A stretch of 64,000 nucleotides of DNA from Tubiluchus corallicola (GCA_030141605.1 JAQGDQ010000008.1:1612001-1676000), one strand, 5' to 3'; counted from the stretch's first letter, positions 40,082 through 53,700 are shown. Numbers and translations: made by a program. Notes: generated by a model not told the origin, from the sequence alone.

Positions 40082-40813
40082 ATGATTGTGACATCGCCTA
40101 CCTTGCAGTACTTGTCACTGGATGACAACTACAGTTTACTAACTTGTGTACAAGCTCGTGTTACTTTCGAACTTTTCTCATTGCTGGACGTTCATAACAC
40201 GGGCAGCTTAAACGATGTCCAATTTTGCAGCTTTTTAAAACATGCCACCAACTTAACAAATTCTCAGATCTACAACACCTTTGACATGTTAGACGTAGAT
40301 GCATCAGGATCCATAGATTTCAACGAATTTTGCCTGATTGTATGCATCTTAGTCGGAATTAAGGACAGGCAAGAAAAGCAGTTTATTTACCGCCATTCAG
40401 GTACAGTATTTGATCTGTTAGATGGTGATTGCAGTGGTACCGTATCTGCGGAGGAGTTTCGTTTATTCGGATTTCTGTTCAATATCGGCAGGAACACGGT
40501 AAGACAGATTTTCGAAGAGTATGACATATCCGGTGACCAGGAAATAGATTACGAGGAATTTAAACTGTTTGCAATGGCCTGCATAGACAAGCAGATCGAA
40601 ATGCAACAGAATATTGCCAGAAAGCTTCTCAAGAAAGAAGCCAAAGAAGAGTTTAGGCAGAGAAAGTATCGTCTTAAACAGCTGAAAAAGATGGAGCCCA
40701 GGTTGAAATTTGAAACAACCTACCTAGCTAAGAAACGAAACCGAGCTATTGAGTCAAACATGGAAAGGCTGGGATCGTCCGACTATACTGATTCTGATAG
40801 CGCGTTTGAGTAG
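40082..40813 (+). CDS. EFCAB9: EF-hand calcium-binding domain-containing protein 9 homologue (CatSper-associated Ca2+ sensor), 243 aa, intronless CDS
   Basis: LQYLSLDDNYSLL, LLDVH...LNDVQF, FDMLD, QFIYRHSGTVFDLLD, FLFNI and YDISGDQEIDYEEFKLF follow recalled human EFCAB9 (YLYLDKIYCLL, ILDVH..LNDVLF, QFMYRHSRPVFDLLD, FLFNI, FDITGDNRLNYQEFKLY) in order and spacing. Confidence 0.88.
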   Translation: MIVTSPTLQYLSLDDNYSLLTCVQARVTFELFSLLDVHNTGSLNDVQFCSFLKHATNLTNSQIYNTFDMLDVDASGSIDFNEFCLIVCILVGIKDRQEKQFIYRHSGTVFDLLDGDCSGTVSAEEFRLFGFLFNIGRNTVRQIFEEYDISGDQEIDYEEFKLFAMACIDKQIEMQQNIARKLLKKEAKEEFRQRKYRLKQLKKMEPRLKFETTYLAKKRNRAIESNMERLGSSDYTDSDSAFE

Positions 40814-42939
40814 AAAAACACTGCAGAAGTGCGTAGCTTCCTTAAGGCAGTTAAGGAATAGAATAAACTGAGCTGGTCAATGGTAAATGCTTTTATCTAC
40901 GAAATAAGAAAGTGCTGACTGCTGACACTAGTTCATTTCCAGTTCAATCAACTTCTTAACCAAAGATTTGTTTGCAAAGTTCTGGGACCTTTTTGTTTCA
41001 TTGCGACTTGAGGTTACGTTAAAATTTGGAGCATGAAAACTGGTTCAGCAGATTCGTACTGTAATTGAAACAACTACGAAGCCTTTATATAGGCAACGCG
41101 GCTCATGGAGGAACGCTAAAAGGATAAGCGCTTCTAGTTGCTACGCGGTTACCTGCCGAAAAAAAATCAAGCGACTATTTATTTCTCTCATTTTGTTGCT
41201 GACTTGTGAAATCTCATTGTGCTTTTGACAGAAAGACGTTGCTCAAAATGTGTAAAAAATAACCTGGATGAAACGGGAGAAAGACGAAAACATTAAGTAC
41301 TATAAAATTATTCATCATTGTTTACCACGTTAGAAAATTCAACCGAACAATGGTAACTACCCTACTAACTTTACTAAAAACAGATACACCTAATTTCCCT
41401 ATCTTGTTTTTAGGTCGTTAATCATTAATAATTTCAATGGCAGCAGCATAATTTAATACTACAAACGCGTCAGCTGTGGGTTAAATGAGCCAGAACTGAT
41501 AAGAATTACATAAACATTTTTCATACACACATTCAAGGACATTAAATATCCATTGATAAATGGGAACTTATGAATTTGTAAAACATGTGCCTTAAATGAC
41601 CTAAAATGACCTAGCTTTAAATCAATGCCATACCAAATACCAGCCAGTTATTAAATACAGTTAGTTTAGCAAACTTAAATCTGATTTATAGAAACAATAA
41701 ATTAAAATGTTATTATATGTAAGTAATTATTGTTATCGTTAAGTTGATGTTAGTTATTATTGTAATTCTTTTTATATCAATTTAAGTTTTACAATTTACA
41801 TCATTGTTAGTTTATATAAATTAATTTGGCGATTGTATAACAAATATCGTACATAAACAGGATTCTAAAGTACTTTGGATTATAATTTCTATTTTTAGTT
41901 ACACTGAAATACCATCAAATTATAGGTGGTTTACACATCTCATAATTCTTGCTGATATCATTGTTTTGCCTGTTCAGTGTGTACTAAATATTTTTACTAA
42001 CGTACGAGTATACGAGTATAGTCACTAATAAAATCGCAAACAATATAAATAAACCCAGAAGTAAACAAATATGTTTTAATGAATACGATTAATGTATATT
42101 CTATTGCTCGCTTGATTTCATTAAAAAAAGATTCATGTGGTATTTTCTGATTATCATCGTTAACTTCAGTCTGCATTTACTTTTTCACGAAATTAAAACA
42201 AAACACGGATTGAATAAAAAAAATCACGTATAATGAAATCTAAGCCGGCAGTAGTATGCTCAATTAATAAATGCGCGGATATGGGGAAAAATGACCGATT
42301 CTACCTTTTTATTAATTAACTCATCAATTTACCGTAAGAAGAAGCGTAATTATTAATCATAATCTAAAGATGAACTTCTGACAGCTCTAGGATTTAATGA
42401 CTGTTTTCCAGTGAATTAAATTAGTTGCCTGGTAAAGACAATGCTCCCCTACAGCTGCCTTAGATAAAATTAATAAAACCAAAAACAATGAAAAATGTGC
42501 AGCAAGGTGCTTCCGATAGGCCTGCCCTTTCTTATTGACTAGAGACATGTTGATCTGTGCTTTAGTTATGGACTCGGTTTTACATTTACATACAACAAAA
42601 AGGTGAGTAAATGAGTGGCAGTCCAGAGAAACGGAGTTCGTATATTCAATATTTAAGTGATCGACGGTACCAATTGACGTTCTTTTTGAATAAGTAAGTA
42701 AGCAATTCATTATTTTGTAGTACGTACATCTAGTACATAATCATGAAATTTATGTGGTTTTACGTACCATAGCGAAAAAAATTAACACAAATAAATTTAA
42801 CCAGTTGCCACAGAAGTGCTAAATATACAGTTATGTAGAAATCATTGTAAATTTACATAATTTACTGTTAGCTAGTACGAATTGCAACAGGATAAAAAAC
42901 CCTTGTCGGTTTAGCATTAATTGAGCGGTATGTATGGCC

Positions 42940-43730
42940 AGATGAGAGCATTTCAAAAAATTATTATCTAGACAACATAAGGTTGAAGTTTCAGGGAAAC
43001 AGGTTCCAGGTAGAGAATTCCACATACAAATTGTCTGAAAGAAAACTGAATTGACAAATAGACGTTCTACATAGCGAATGTCCTGAGTACATCTATGCAA
43101 AGGAGTGGAAAAACGAGTACTACGGACAAACTGCTGATGTTTGTTCAGTGACCTTGAGAACATCTTCTATGGAAGTAGTGATAAAAGACGTACTTAATAA
43201 AACAACAGATTCTGACCTTCGCTGAGTACACAACTAGATGGTTTTAATCTTAATTCAGACCCAACCAGAGTGACAATATGCCTTTGCAATCTGCGGAGTG
43301 GAGTCCAGCATTAGGCTTACCCCATGCAAGAACGGACTGTCCATTTGTAACGACAGACCATAGCTTGCGTAGTTACAAAACTGCGACCTAGATAATTACA
43401 AGCATCCTATTTTTTATACGTTCTTAACCACTTCTGTGACATATTTCTGCCATTTGAGATCAGAAAGACCAAGCAAGTGAACATAGGAGTGACTGGGAGG
43501 AGAGAAAAAGCACCATATTTATGGTAGGTGGTATAGCAATGCGATAGTGAGAAAATAATACCAGCTTCGTCTTCCCTTCATTAAAGGTGACAAGTCAGTG
43601 ACGGGCCCAGTCGAAGGAATGTTAAAATCCCTTCAAATATTTGAGACGTTTCTAGTCGCGCGTCCTTAAGGAGCACATTTTGGTATGTGTGATACAGAGT
43701 AGTACCATCAGTACAGATAGGTAGAATCTT
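42940..43730 (-). pseudogene. Decayed LINE reverse transcriptase (Jockey/CR1-like ORF2 3' half)
   Basis: Minus strand gives CTDGTTL (degenerate YADDTTL), DWARH*LVTFNEGKT, HLLGLSDLKWQKYV and NSVFFQTICMWNSLP, with stops and frameshifts. Confidence 0.75.
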
Positions 43731-44374
43731 TCAGGTATCTATTTTTTACACCTATACACCTATTTTTCTGTTCTTATATTATACGTACGCGAAAATGTTC
43801 TCGTACATACGTATTGGTGAGTGTGAATTTTAATCACCTTTACCAATCAGAAGTGGTTGTGTAAAAGTCCATCCACAAAAGGAGGGCTTACTATAATCAC
43901 ATAATACGGCATAATACACCAATACGGCATAACTTTTGAATAATGATCACAGTTGGTATTCACACCACATCAGCCATCTATCTATAAACCCTTAATGTGA
44001 TCAGTCATGCTGCATGGTACTTAATAATGAAAAATAAGCATTCTAGTATAAACTACAGGACGAAGAGAATAAATAGCGATCGCAGTGACGGAATGAGTGA
44101 GTGAGTGGAATAAGTAACAAAATTTGGCTAAAGATCGACGTTGCAATTAAAATGTTTGGCTGCATTAATCACACAGATGATGCGGTTGCATTTATTTTTG
44201 CAATGTACAATGAGATTTTTCACAATCCACTCTCCTTTTTATTCTGTGTTTTTAATTGCGTCTTTTACGTTGTATCTATGTTCCTTTATCACATTATTTT
44301 AGTTATTATGATTTTAATATATCTGGCGTCGATGTACGTCTTAGAACACCATATGTTGCTAAAATTGTAAATAA

Positions 44375-44720
44375 AATAACGTGATTAAATAAAATATGTA
44401 GGTTACAATACAATAAAGGCAATTCAAGCGTTACTGTTGTTACGTTTTTCTTATGTCAAAAATAAAACTACATCTTCCGTCTATAAGTTACCTATATTCT
44501 ATTCAAAAATTAAGATGTTTTTCAACATAAAGTTTGTGCTCAAATAAATAACGTAATCAAATAAAATATATAGATTACAATACCCTATTAAGGCTATTCG
44601 AGCGTTATTGTTGCACTTTTTCTTACATCAAAAATAAAACTACGACTTCTGTCTACAAGTTACCTATATTCTATTCAAAAATTTAAAGTATTTTACAACA
44701 CAAAGTTTTTCTCAAATAAG
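44375..44720. repeat. Tandem duplication of a ~172-bp unit (2 copies)
   Basis: Both copies contain aataacgt.at.aaataaaata, tcaaaaataaaactac and aagttacctatattctattcaaaaatt. Confidence 0.9.
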
Positions 44721-45889
44721 TAAAATTTGCCTGGCAATTATTTCGGCAGTGTCAGGTGCGATAATGTTTACATAAGGTAGGCCTAGCTACTGTGAAAGCG
44801 CTTCAATGCAGACATTCAGAGTCACGTTCCATTTTGAAGCATATTCAGCCGTTAAACAAGGTTGGCATTTTGATGGGAGGGGAAGAAATGACGCTGTATA
44901 CCTACAATAGTGAAATTTTAGGCAAAAGGTATTTGTAATTATTTTAAATTATATAGCTTGTTCATTGTACAACTATGACCTATTAACAACGTAACTACAA
45001 TAAAAGTTGTGTATGCCACGTAATTCAAATTCGTTTCAGTTGCTCCCTGTGGTCTGTAATCCTATTCTTTTATAATAGGCCCTCGAAATACATTGAAACC
45101 ACATGCAGATAATAATTATGACCTATGCCAAACCTGTGGATTAGACGGTGTCTCAAGTAAAACAATCTATCACTTTCCCCAATCCTGTTTCAATCGTCTT
45201 AGGCGACTTAACAGTAGATCTATCAGAGCAATTAGATGATCAACGCGTCTTAATCTTCCCGTGAAGGTGCTGACAGGAAGTGCTGTTGCGTTCTGAGTAC
45301 GCCGCTCTAGAAACGCCCCTTCTGTCTTTGCAGAAAATTCACCCTAGAATGACAATCACTTCCACTTATTAACTGCGTGTGTGTTGAGGAGCTAATAGTT
45401 GTGCTGCAAACAACGACTAGCTAGGCAATATTGTAAGATGTTTCTTCAACAAATTTTGTTCAGGTGAATAATATAAAAAACTATGTCTGTAATCTATATG
45501 TCTATTGGAAAGTTGCTTGACGTGCGGCCAAGACTAATTTCACTCATTTTCTTTAGCACAACGCTTGATGTTTTGCACAAATTTTAATAACTGCAATCTT
45601 AAAATTAATTCTCAAACTAAATTAAGTCTAAGATTTGCATCATTGAACTGTAAACGAAAGCACGGTTGCTGCGTAGAAGCTGTGTAGTTGAATGGTGAAT
45701 AATGTCGCATAAAATTACCACCTTACAAGTATTATGAGAGTTCTACTAAACTTTAAAGAAAACACCTTTCATAAATAAGACTTGGAAAATTCGTCTTGGA
45801 ATTTTATATACTTATATATCGTCTCAGTGCATATAGAACTTGCATTAACAGTAACGCTGTATAAAATTCGTAAGAAGTCCCGCGATAAC

Positions 45890-46230
45890 CCGCTAAGCAC
45901 AGCCATTTCAACAATCGTTTAAAGCAAGTTTAAATAACATTCTGCAAAGTTTGAAAAAATAAGCAGGCCATTCGTAGCACACTCTTCATTAACTAAGCAA
46001 AAATATAAATAACTTTATTTTGTCAATAAGATCAATAGATGAATAAGTGGTGCGCACTGTGATGGCGATGCACTGCTGTGTTACCAGGTGGCGCGAATGT
46101 TTTAAACTTAAGAAATTCCTTTTCCAGTTACACAAGTCTTTCAAACAGCTAAGCGTAATGCTGAACAACATAACCTTGTATGGAAAGTTTTTTTCAGACA
46201 CACTTTAGAGTTTCCTATTCTTCCCCTTAA
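45890..46230 (+). mobile_element. Family B non-autonomous element copy
   Basis: Homologous to 1-350 and 50235-50580. Ends ttccccttaa. Confidence 0.6.
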
Positions 46231-47729
46231 AGCATTAGTACCAGTCTGAACTTAACAGCATCCTCATTACAGTGGTGATAACTGAAAAAGTTTATTTGTG
46301 TATTTATTTATTTATGTAAGTATTTATTTATTTATTGATAGCTATCATTTATTCGACATTATTTACAGTAGTAGCAACAAAAATGGATCAATTATTTTGT
46401 TCAGGTAACATAGTGCGTTGATACAAAAGAAGCGAGGTCAAAATCTTCACAAATGGCGTTCAATGTTTCGCAAAAATCTACTTAGTCTGTCAACGTTTAT
46501 TTCGAGTTCAACTACACAAGGTTTAGTTTTGCTAAAATGAATAGGAAATCAAACACGCACTTTTAAAACTGGGCTGCTCTTGGTTATCGTTATTACAGGT
46601 CCCGTACAGAAGGTGATGCAAATAACATAATCATATTAACATAAATTAGAATCGGGCGTTATCTATTGACAACATAGTTTCCCGCTTGGGCCAAAGCTAC
46701 AGCTCATTCCCTCAGCCCAATTTCTCTTTCCCTTCCGCTGTGCTAGCGAAATATGAATAGAATAGTTTGAATATCCAGGCATAGAAAAATATGTCATTAG
46801 ATACAAATTTAAACTTCTAATTTTAATTTTAATTTTCATGCGCAATTGAAGGATGGCTGATCTCGCAACTTGTCAATAAATATGCAGGAACTAGAAAGGA
46901 AACAGGTATGTCACGTTCACACAACACTTATAGGTTTATCACTCACATTCAAAACAAGAATAAACGCAATGAACATGCATACACGCATATTAGCATATTA
47001 TGTTCTCTAATTAGCTGATTCTATTAATCAATTCATTAATAAATCAATCTTTAAAATAAAGAAAACTTAATGTTAATTTTGAACAACAAATGCTGACACA
47101 CAACAAATTGTTTAAATTATTATAATGTACAAGGAAAGCGAGATTGATAGAATCACATGAACAGTTCATTTATTAAATTGTTAATATTTCTCTAAAATGT
47201 GAAGCGAAACAGTTTTTAGTTTTAACTTGAGTGGTTGAAACTGAACTTTTAATGATCTTTCAAATTTTTCATGCATGCGACAGACAAGACATGCGTTTTC
47301 TCAAATTGAAGTGATTTTCAATAAAAAAATGTTTTTCTTACCTCTACTAAAACCAAACTTTCCTTCCTAGAATATGCTACTTAAATACCGGTTCGCAAAT
47401 AAACAATTTGTAGCGTATAAAGCTGTGTTAATTTCGTTGTTCCTGTAACCACAATTCGAAGTAATTATCATAGAGCTTCATCTAGGTGATAAAGAAAGTT
47501 TTGCTAATTTTTATGTGCTGGTGTCCCGTCACTTGTGCTGGTGTCCAGTCACTTGTGCTGGTGCCCCGTCTCTTGGCTTCTTTGTTTGGCTTCACGTGTG
47601 CGATGTCTGCAGAGCTTCTAACACTGCCTTCTGAAGAGGTGTTGTTCGGTTTACTATATAAGTTGCTTGGAATGCGCAAGAAGCCACCCACGCATTTTTT
47701 CTTAGTCACACTCAATGATGGTTACTCAC

Positions 47730-48106
47730 GCTAAAGAAAAAAAGAAATCGAAAAGTAATAAAGCGAGAAGAGAATGAAAAAATGTTGAAACAGAAGGGAG
47801 AAAAACGAAAGAGAGAAAGAATGAAAAAAGATAAGAAAAACGAAAAAAGAACGGAAAAGATAAATAGGAGAAACAAAGGAAAGGAAAGGGAGAAGAAAGA
47901 AAACAAACGCAGCAAGAACAGAAAAAAGAAAAAGCCAGGAGGAAAAAAGGAAGGAATAAGAAGAAAGAAAGAAAGAAAGAAAGAAGGAAGGAAGATAAGA
48001 AGGAAGGAAAGAAAGAAAGAAAGAAGGAAGGAAGGAAGGAAGGAAGGAAGGAAGGAAGGAAAGAAAGAAAGAAAGAAAGAAAGAAAGAAGGAAGGAAAGA
48101 AGGAAA

Positions 48107-48147
<41 letters not shown>

Positions 48148-48177
48148 AGGAAGGAAGGAAGGAAAGAAAGAAAGAAA
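47730..48177. repeat. (GAAA/GGAA)n purine-rich low-complexity tract
   Basis: Explains ORFs 47712-48218, 47726-48235 and 47782-48189. Confidence 0.95.
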
Positions 48178-49022
48178 CCACGACCCTGAAAAAATGCTTT
48201 ATGAATAGGCCTATACATATTTCGTACAACAGCAAACTAATGATTTAGCACTTAATTAAACATGAGTAGGTAACGTGTGACCAACAACGCTTAGTTAGTC
48301 AGACACGTAGCCTACGTGTCTCTTTTCGAATAACATATTTCTGATGAAGCGAGGGTGGAACCATTAATAAAAGAAAAGAATCATAAATAACACAGTCTTT
48401 ATTCGCGAATGCTGAAAACAGTTGTTACCGATCTTAGTGAAATATGATGAATTAGCAAACGGGTAATTAAAACTAATAGTGTTGCGTGAATGGATAAGAA
48501 TTCGATGCATAAGAGCAAGGAAAAAATAAAACGGGATTAATTTTTAAAGAGATTAGGCAACTGATGCAGAATTAGAGGCATTTAGTAAAGCAATTACAAG
48601 ATGATATTAAACACGAGTAAACACGCATGCACGCCTCAGGATAATGGGGAGCCGCCACCCCTCAGAACGGCAGCAGAGTGCACGAATGAGCCGTGCATCA
48701 TTAAAGTAATCGGTGTAATAAACCGCAAGCTGAGTAAAAGTAACAATTCTATTCATTAAGTACTCGCCCCTGTGTGTCAATTAATCGATAACTTATAAGA
48801 GGTAAAGCAGTTGTGTAATAAACACATTTTTATCATAACTTCTTTGTAAGTGAAAATAATAAAGCGGGTGGACAATTGTTGAGAGTTAGAGAAGAGATTA
48901 AACCTGCGGCTAACTTGTACCCTACAGCCTATTTTGCTGTACTTATTTTGCCTACGTATAGCTTAAAGCAAAACCGGACCCAATGTTAAACTGTATGTCA
49001 AAAGAACCTATTCTTTAAAATA

Positions 49023-49570
49023 TTAAAAGGAAACATACTATTTTTTCGAGAATGACTTACGTGAAGGAATTATTACCGCAGAAACGTAATTTGCGCCACT
49101 AATCCTTCGCTGTTATATGCATTTCGCCATTCGCTAGTTAGACAGACACTAGCGCCTGCATTTCGGAAAGCGTTCCGCAAAAACAGGTGTTGTACCTCTC
49201 GGTTCACATGTGTTAGTTTGTGATGAACTACACAAGTTCCACAGCTCACGTGTGAGCACAGCGTAAATTTAAAATTTAAATTTTTATCTTAAAGTTGCCT
49301 AGTTTTAATACAACACACTGAATATCTCACAGTAGCACCGTACTTCAATTTTCGCTTTCGCAACACGTACAACACGCTCGTGGAATACTTTTGCTGTTAA
49401 AATTATGTTAGTTTGTGATGTCATCAATAGTTGTGCTCGCCCGCGTTAATTAAGATTTTAATCTATTATTTAATTATCAGAAATAATGTAGTGTTTGTAT
49501 TAATTGTGTATACTTTTTATCGGACTTGAAAATCGGGTACTGTATGAAAAATCACCTTGTCTTCCTTTAA
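49023..49570 (+). mobile_element. TTAA-flanked ~545-bp element (Kolobok-like MITE, family A)
   Basis: Termini ttaaaagg...cttcctttaa. Inverted homologue at 50851-51398. Confidence 0.7.
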
Positions 49571-50234
49571 CTAAATACTGAAAGCTAGATAATAATTTTC
49601 TTTTTGCTCATTGCGTTGTAGATATTATGCAGAAAAAAGAAATATTTACATGTTCATTTTTGAATACGTTATCATTTATCTACAAGCTTACTAGTATCTC
49701 ACAACTCGTAAGTTTCTATTACTTCGTTTAACGCAATACCTGATGTAAGAAAGGTTTCTGTAAAACCTAGTCAGCACAACGCACATAAATCATTTTGATG
49801 ATTTGACGTTATAATGGTTAATCAAATTCAAGGCTGTTATGTTTAATTGAATCGGAATACCAGGCCCCTTTACTTTGTGTCCCAACTTTTCCATTACAAA
49901 CGCAAAAAACATTTTGCAGGATTACTGAGCTGGTACGCTCAAATTTAAGTACAAAGTACACAAAAGATTGTCATTTGATTTATGATGTAATATAGATATT
50001 TTTCAAGGCATATAACATGGAGAAGGATTCAAAGAAAGCTAACTAGTAGTAAGTGCATCGTAAACAAAACACAGAGCTGTGTTTGTTGTTCAAAGCACAA
50101 GAAAACCGTTTAGTTACATCAAGCAAAAAATTCGCCTTCAAATTTTGTATCGCCTAAATACTGTCTTATTGCACACACAGCTTGTATTAGCAGTAATACA
50201 GTAAAAAACTTGAAAATTTAAACTGCTGCGATGT

Positions 50235-50580
50235 CTGTTAGACGTAGCCATTTTGACAAAAGTTGTTTGAAAGTTTAGATAACATTGCGGAAAGTTTGAA
50301 AAAATAATCATAACATTCGTAGTACACACTTCTATATATAAATGTAAATTACTGTATCTCGTAAATAAGATTAAAAATACGTTTTTGGTGAGTCAGTGGT
50401 GTTCACTGGGAAGGTGAGTCAGTGACATTTTACTAGTTGGCGCGAAGATGTTTGATTATTAAGAATTTTCTTTCCTGTTACATAAGTTTTTCAAGTAGGT
50501 AAGAGTAGTGCTAAGTAATATGGGGTTATGTGGAAACTTTTTTGAGACATACTTTAAAATTGCTTATTCTTTCCCTTTAA
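50235..50580 (+). mobile_element. Family B non-autonomous element copy
   Basis: Homologous to 1-350 and 45890-46230. Ends ttccctttaa. Confidence 0.65.
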
Positions 50581-50850
50581 GTTTTATGTATAAATTGAAT
50601 GATTTACTTCGAGTTTTATAATCTGAGCACCAAAGTTGCTTCGAGCTGACTTTGATCCAGAAGATCAGATGCTCGAACTGAGCACCTTGATTCTTATAAA
50701 GAAACCAAAATCTTATTTTGTGGTAACTGGTCCACAAATAGAGCAACTTAACGTCTAAACTTGGAGTCTCTGATTTTCAGAATATCAAACAAGAATAAGG
50801 CTCAAGCTTGGTGTATAATCTTGATAATGAATGTGGATGTCCAACGATCC

Positions 50851-51398
50851 TTAAAGGAAGAGAGTATGACTTTTCATATACTACCCCATTTTCGGGTCCG
50901 ATAAAAAGTAAACATTTTAACACAATTAATACTGCAAAAGCGTTTCTGATAATTAAATAATAGATTAAAAGCTTAACTAACGGCGGGCGAGCCCAACTAT
51001 TGATGACATCACAAACTAACATAATTTTCAACAACAAAAATATTCCACGAATGTTTGGCTCGTGTTGAGAAAGCAAAAATTGAAGTACAGTGCTACTGTA
51101 AGATATTCACCGTGTTGTACTAAAACTAGGCAAGTTTTAAAAATAAAATTCAAATTTCAAATTTGCCGGTGTAGTCACGCATGAGTTGTCGAACGTATGT
51201 AGTTCATCACAAACTAACACAGGTGAACAGAGGTACAGGACCTATTTTTTGTGCAATGTTTGTCCGAAATACAGGCACTGGTACCTGTCTAATTATTGAA
51301 TTATGAAATTCATGTAACAGTGAAAAACGCGAAATTGTGTTTGAATAATTCTTTTACGCAAGTCATTTTGGAAAAAATAGTGTTTCGTTTTGGTTTAA
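50851..51398 (-). mobile_element. Inverted copy of family A element
   Basis: Starts ttaaaggaag. Blocks ctattgatgacatcacaaactaacataatttt and gtagttcatcacaaactaacaca are reverse complements of 49023-49570. Confidence 0.7.
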
Positions 51399-51913
51399 TT
51401 ATGTAAATTTGTGCTCAAATTAAAATAATTGAACTTAGTTTGAGACTTTTCTATTCAAGTGAAACGTATTATAATCTGGGATTTTATTTTCACTAACAGC
51501 GCTTTTAAAGCTGCAAAAATAAAATAAAATAGAATAGATATTATAAATAAACATTTAGGTGTGTCAAAATTCGGCTTTTTATTGTGGTTATTAAAACAGT
51601 TTTAGGACAGTGGCTTCGTTTCATTTGGAAATCAACCCAAACGAAATCAGCTGCACAAATCAAGATTCTGCTCAAAGAATACACATTTTCTTTGGCGCTG
51701 TACCATTGTAGCACACATTGTTTTCATAAGACCATTAATAGTTGTATAAACTTCTATCACATATCATAGGTCTTGCTAAAATATGTATGCTGTGCAAATT
51801 TGCTCGATTATTTGAGTCAGCATATCGAGTCTCTACCACGTGGACACGTCGACAAATTGCAACAGTACTAAATAAGAACGAAATGCAATAAAAATATTTT
51901 ATTGTCATTTTGT

Positions 51914-52330
51914 AATGAATGAATGAATGAATGAATGAATGAGTAAACGAACGAATGGACGAACGAACAAATGAATGAATAGACGAATGGATGGATGAAT
52001 GAATGAATTGAATGAATGAATGAATGAATAAAGAAATGAATGGGCGAATGGATGGAAGAACGAATGAACGAATGAATAAAAGAAAGAACGAACGAATGAA
52101 CGAACGAACAAACGAACAAACGAACCAAAGAAATGAACAGATTAACAAAAATACTGAACAGAGAATGGAAAGACAGTTATAGTGATAGTAGTTGTCGTTG
52201 TTGAAGTAGCAGTAGCGACAGTAGTAGTAGCAGTAGAGGTAGTAGTAGTTGTTGTAGTAGCAGTAGCAGTCGCAGTAGTGGTAGCAATAGCATTAGTAGC
52301 AGTAGTAGTGTTGTTATTGTTGTTGTTATT
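51914..52330. repeat. (GAAT/GAAC)n followed by (GTA/GTT)n simple repeats
   Basis: Direct reading. Explains several low-complexity ORFs. Confidence 0.9.
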
Positions 52331-52699
52331 AAAACCTACTGTAGTAATTTTATTAGTACGTATTTAGTAGCATAGTATTAGTACTAATGGTAGTATCTAA
52401 AACTGAACTGCGAGCTTTTAGCAAATTTCAAATCTATTTCATTTTTCTATCACCCTTTTGAGTCGAGGAGACGTTACAACAATTGCGTACTATGCTTTCT
52501 GTTGAATTATTACAATTTTTCCGTTGATCTAAGGCTGATTTTAGCCGTTTTAAAGTTCACGCCATCTAATACTGCTTTCCATGAATCTGTGAAACTGTTA
52601 CCATCTAGGACATTTCCAAATGACATAAGCCTGTTCGAACTCAAAGAGTTTTTAATGTGCATACTGCTTAACATGCTAACAAAGTAGCGCAAGATTAAA

Positions 52700-53700
52700 G
52701 AACTTTGGTGTTACACTAATCGAGTGCTTGAATGTTTTCTGCTAATTCGTTAATAACGTGTTCTATTGATGCAGCTTTCTCGTTCTTCAGTTTTACAAAT
52801 AGTCTTGTAATTTCGTCATTAGTAAGTCTATACTCTTTATTAATAGCATCAGTAAAAGAAAAAAATTATCATGTTTCTGGTCAAACTATCATTATTAACA
52901 CGTTCTGTACTGGCGCAGCTTTTGAAAATGCACAAATTACTACATTGAAATGTAGCGCTTGTAGATGACCTTTTTTATACTTTGACCTCTTAATAATTTT
53001 CAATTTGTTCAGGGTTGATAAAACGCAAATTTGGAATTTTAAAATTTTAAATTTTTTTTGCATTTTTGTTCTTTTTTCACCTAACAGTTTTTGTGTAATT
53101 TAGCTTGTTTTTAACGTAGAATACTTTGCCTCGCACTTTTTCTTTCTTTACCTTATTTTTAAGATATAAATAATTTTTCCTTTTTGCACTCAGCATCAAA
53201 CCAAGGTTGTTAAATATTTCTCCTTTCTCCTTTTACTTGCTGTATTTTGGTAGAATTTAAACACTTATAGTTATGAAGGCTGGCTTAAGCGTTATACTAC
53301 ACATTAATTAATTAATCTATTACTTTCTTCTCTGTATTTATAATTTTATATGACCAGTCGTGTTAATCATCAATTTGTATGTTAACAATAGCGTTACAGT
53401 TGAGTGTTTCTTGAAAAGTTAATAAAACATTTCCGGGCAGTTTAACCATTTGAAACATCCTATTTCTGCAAATGCATTTCTGAGAATGATCTATCAAGTC
53501 TAGAATAAATTATAATCAGCACCATTAGAAAGACATAAAAAGAGCAATAAACTTGTGATGCGAATTTGTAAACTACAATCGAGAAAACAATTTCAAAAGT
53601 CAAAAACTGTCATACCAGAATGTTCATAAAAATCAACTTTATCATTTCATGTTACGGTGCCCGTTAAAAGTTGTGAAAAAAACAGACTGATGTTCTTAAG
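52700..53700 (-). pseudogene. Heavily decayed LINE ORF2 (endonuclease-RT linker region)
   Basis: Minus strand gives QPWFDAECKKEK and LTNDEITRLFVKLKNEKAASIEHVINE (cf. I..LK..KA.G.D.I.NE at the RT N-terminus), with many stops. Confidence 0.5.

Noticed and set aside
47712-48235. 135-169-aa ORFs rich in F/L/S or K/R/E, and similar ORFs at 18418, 25343, 28847, 31405, 38247-38692, 51735, 55438 and 60716
   Set aside because: Translations of microsatellites or repeat arrays, not genes.
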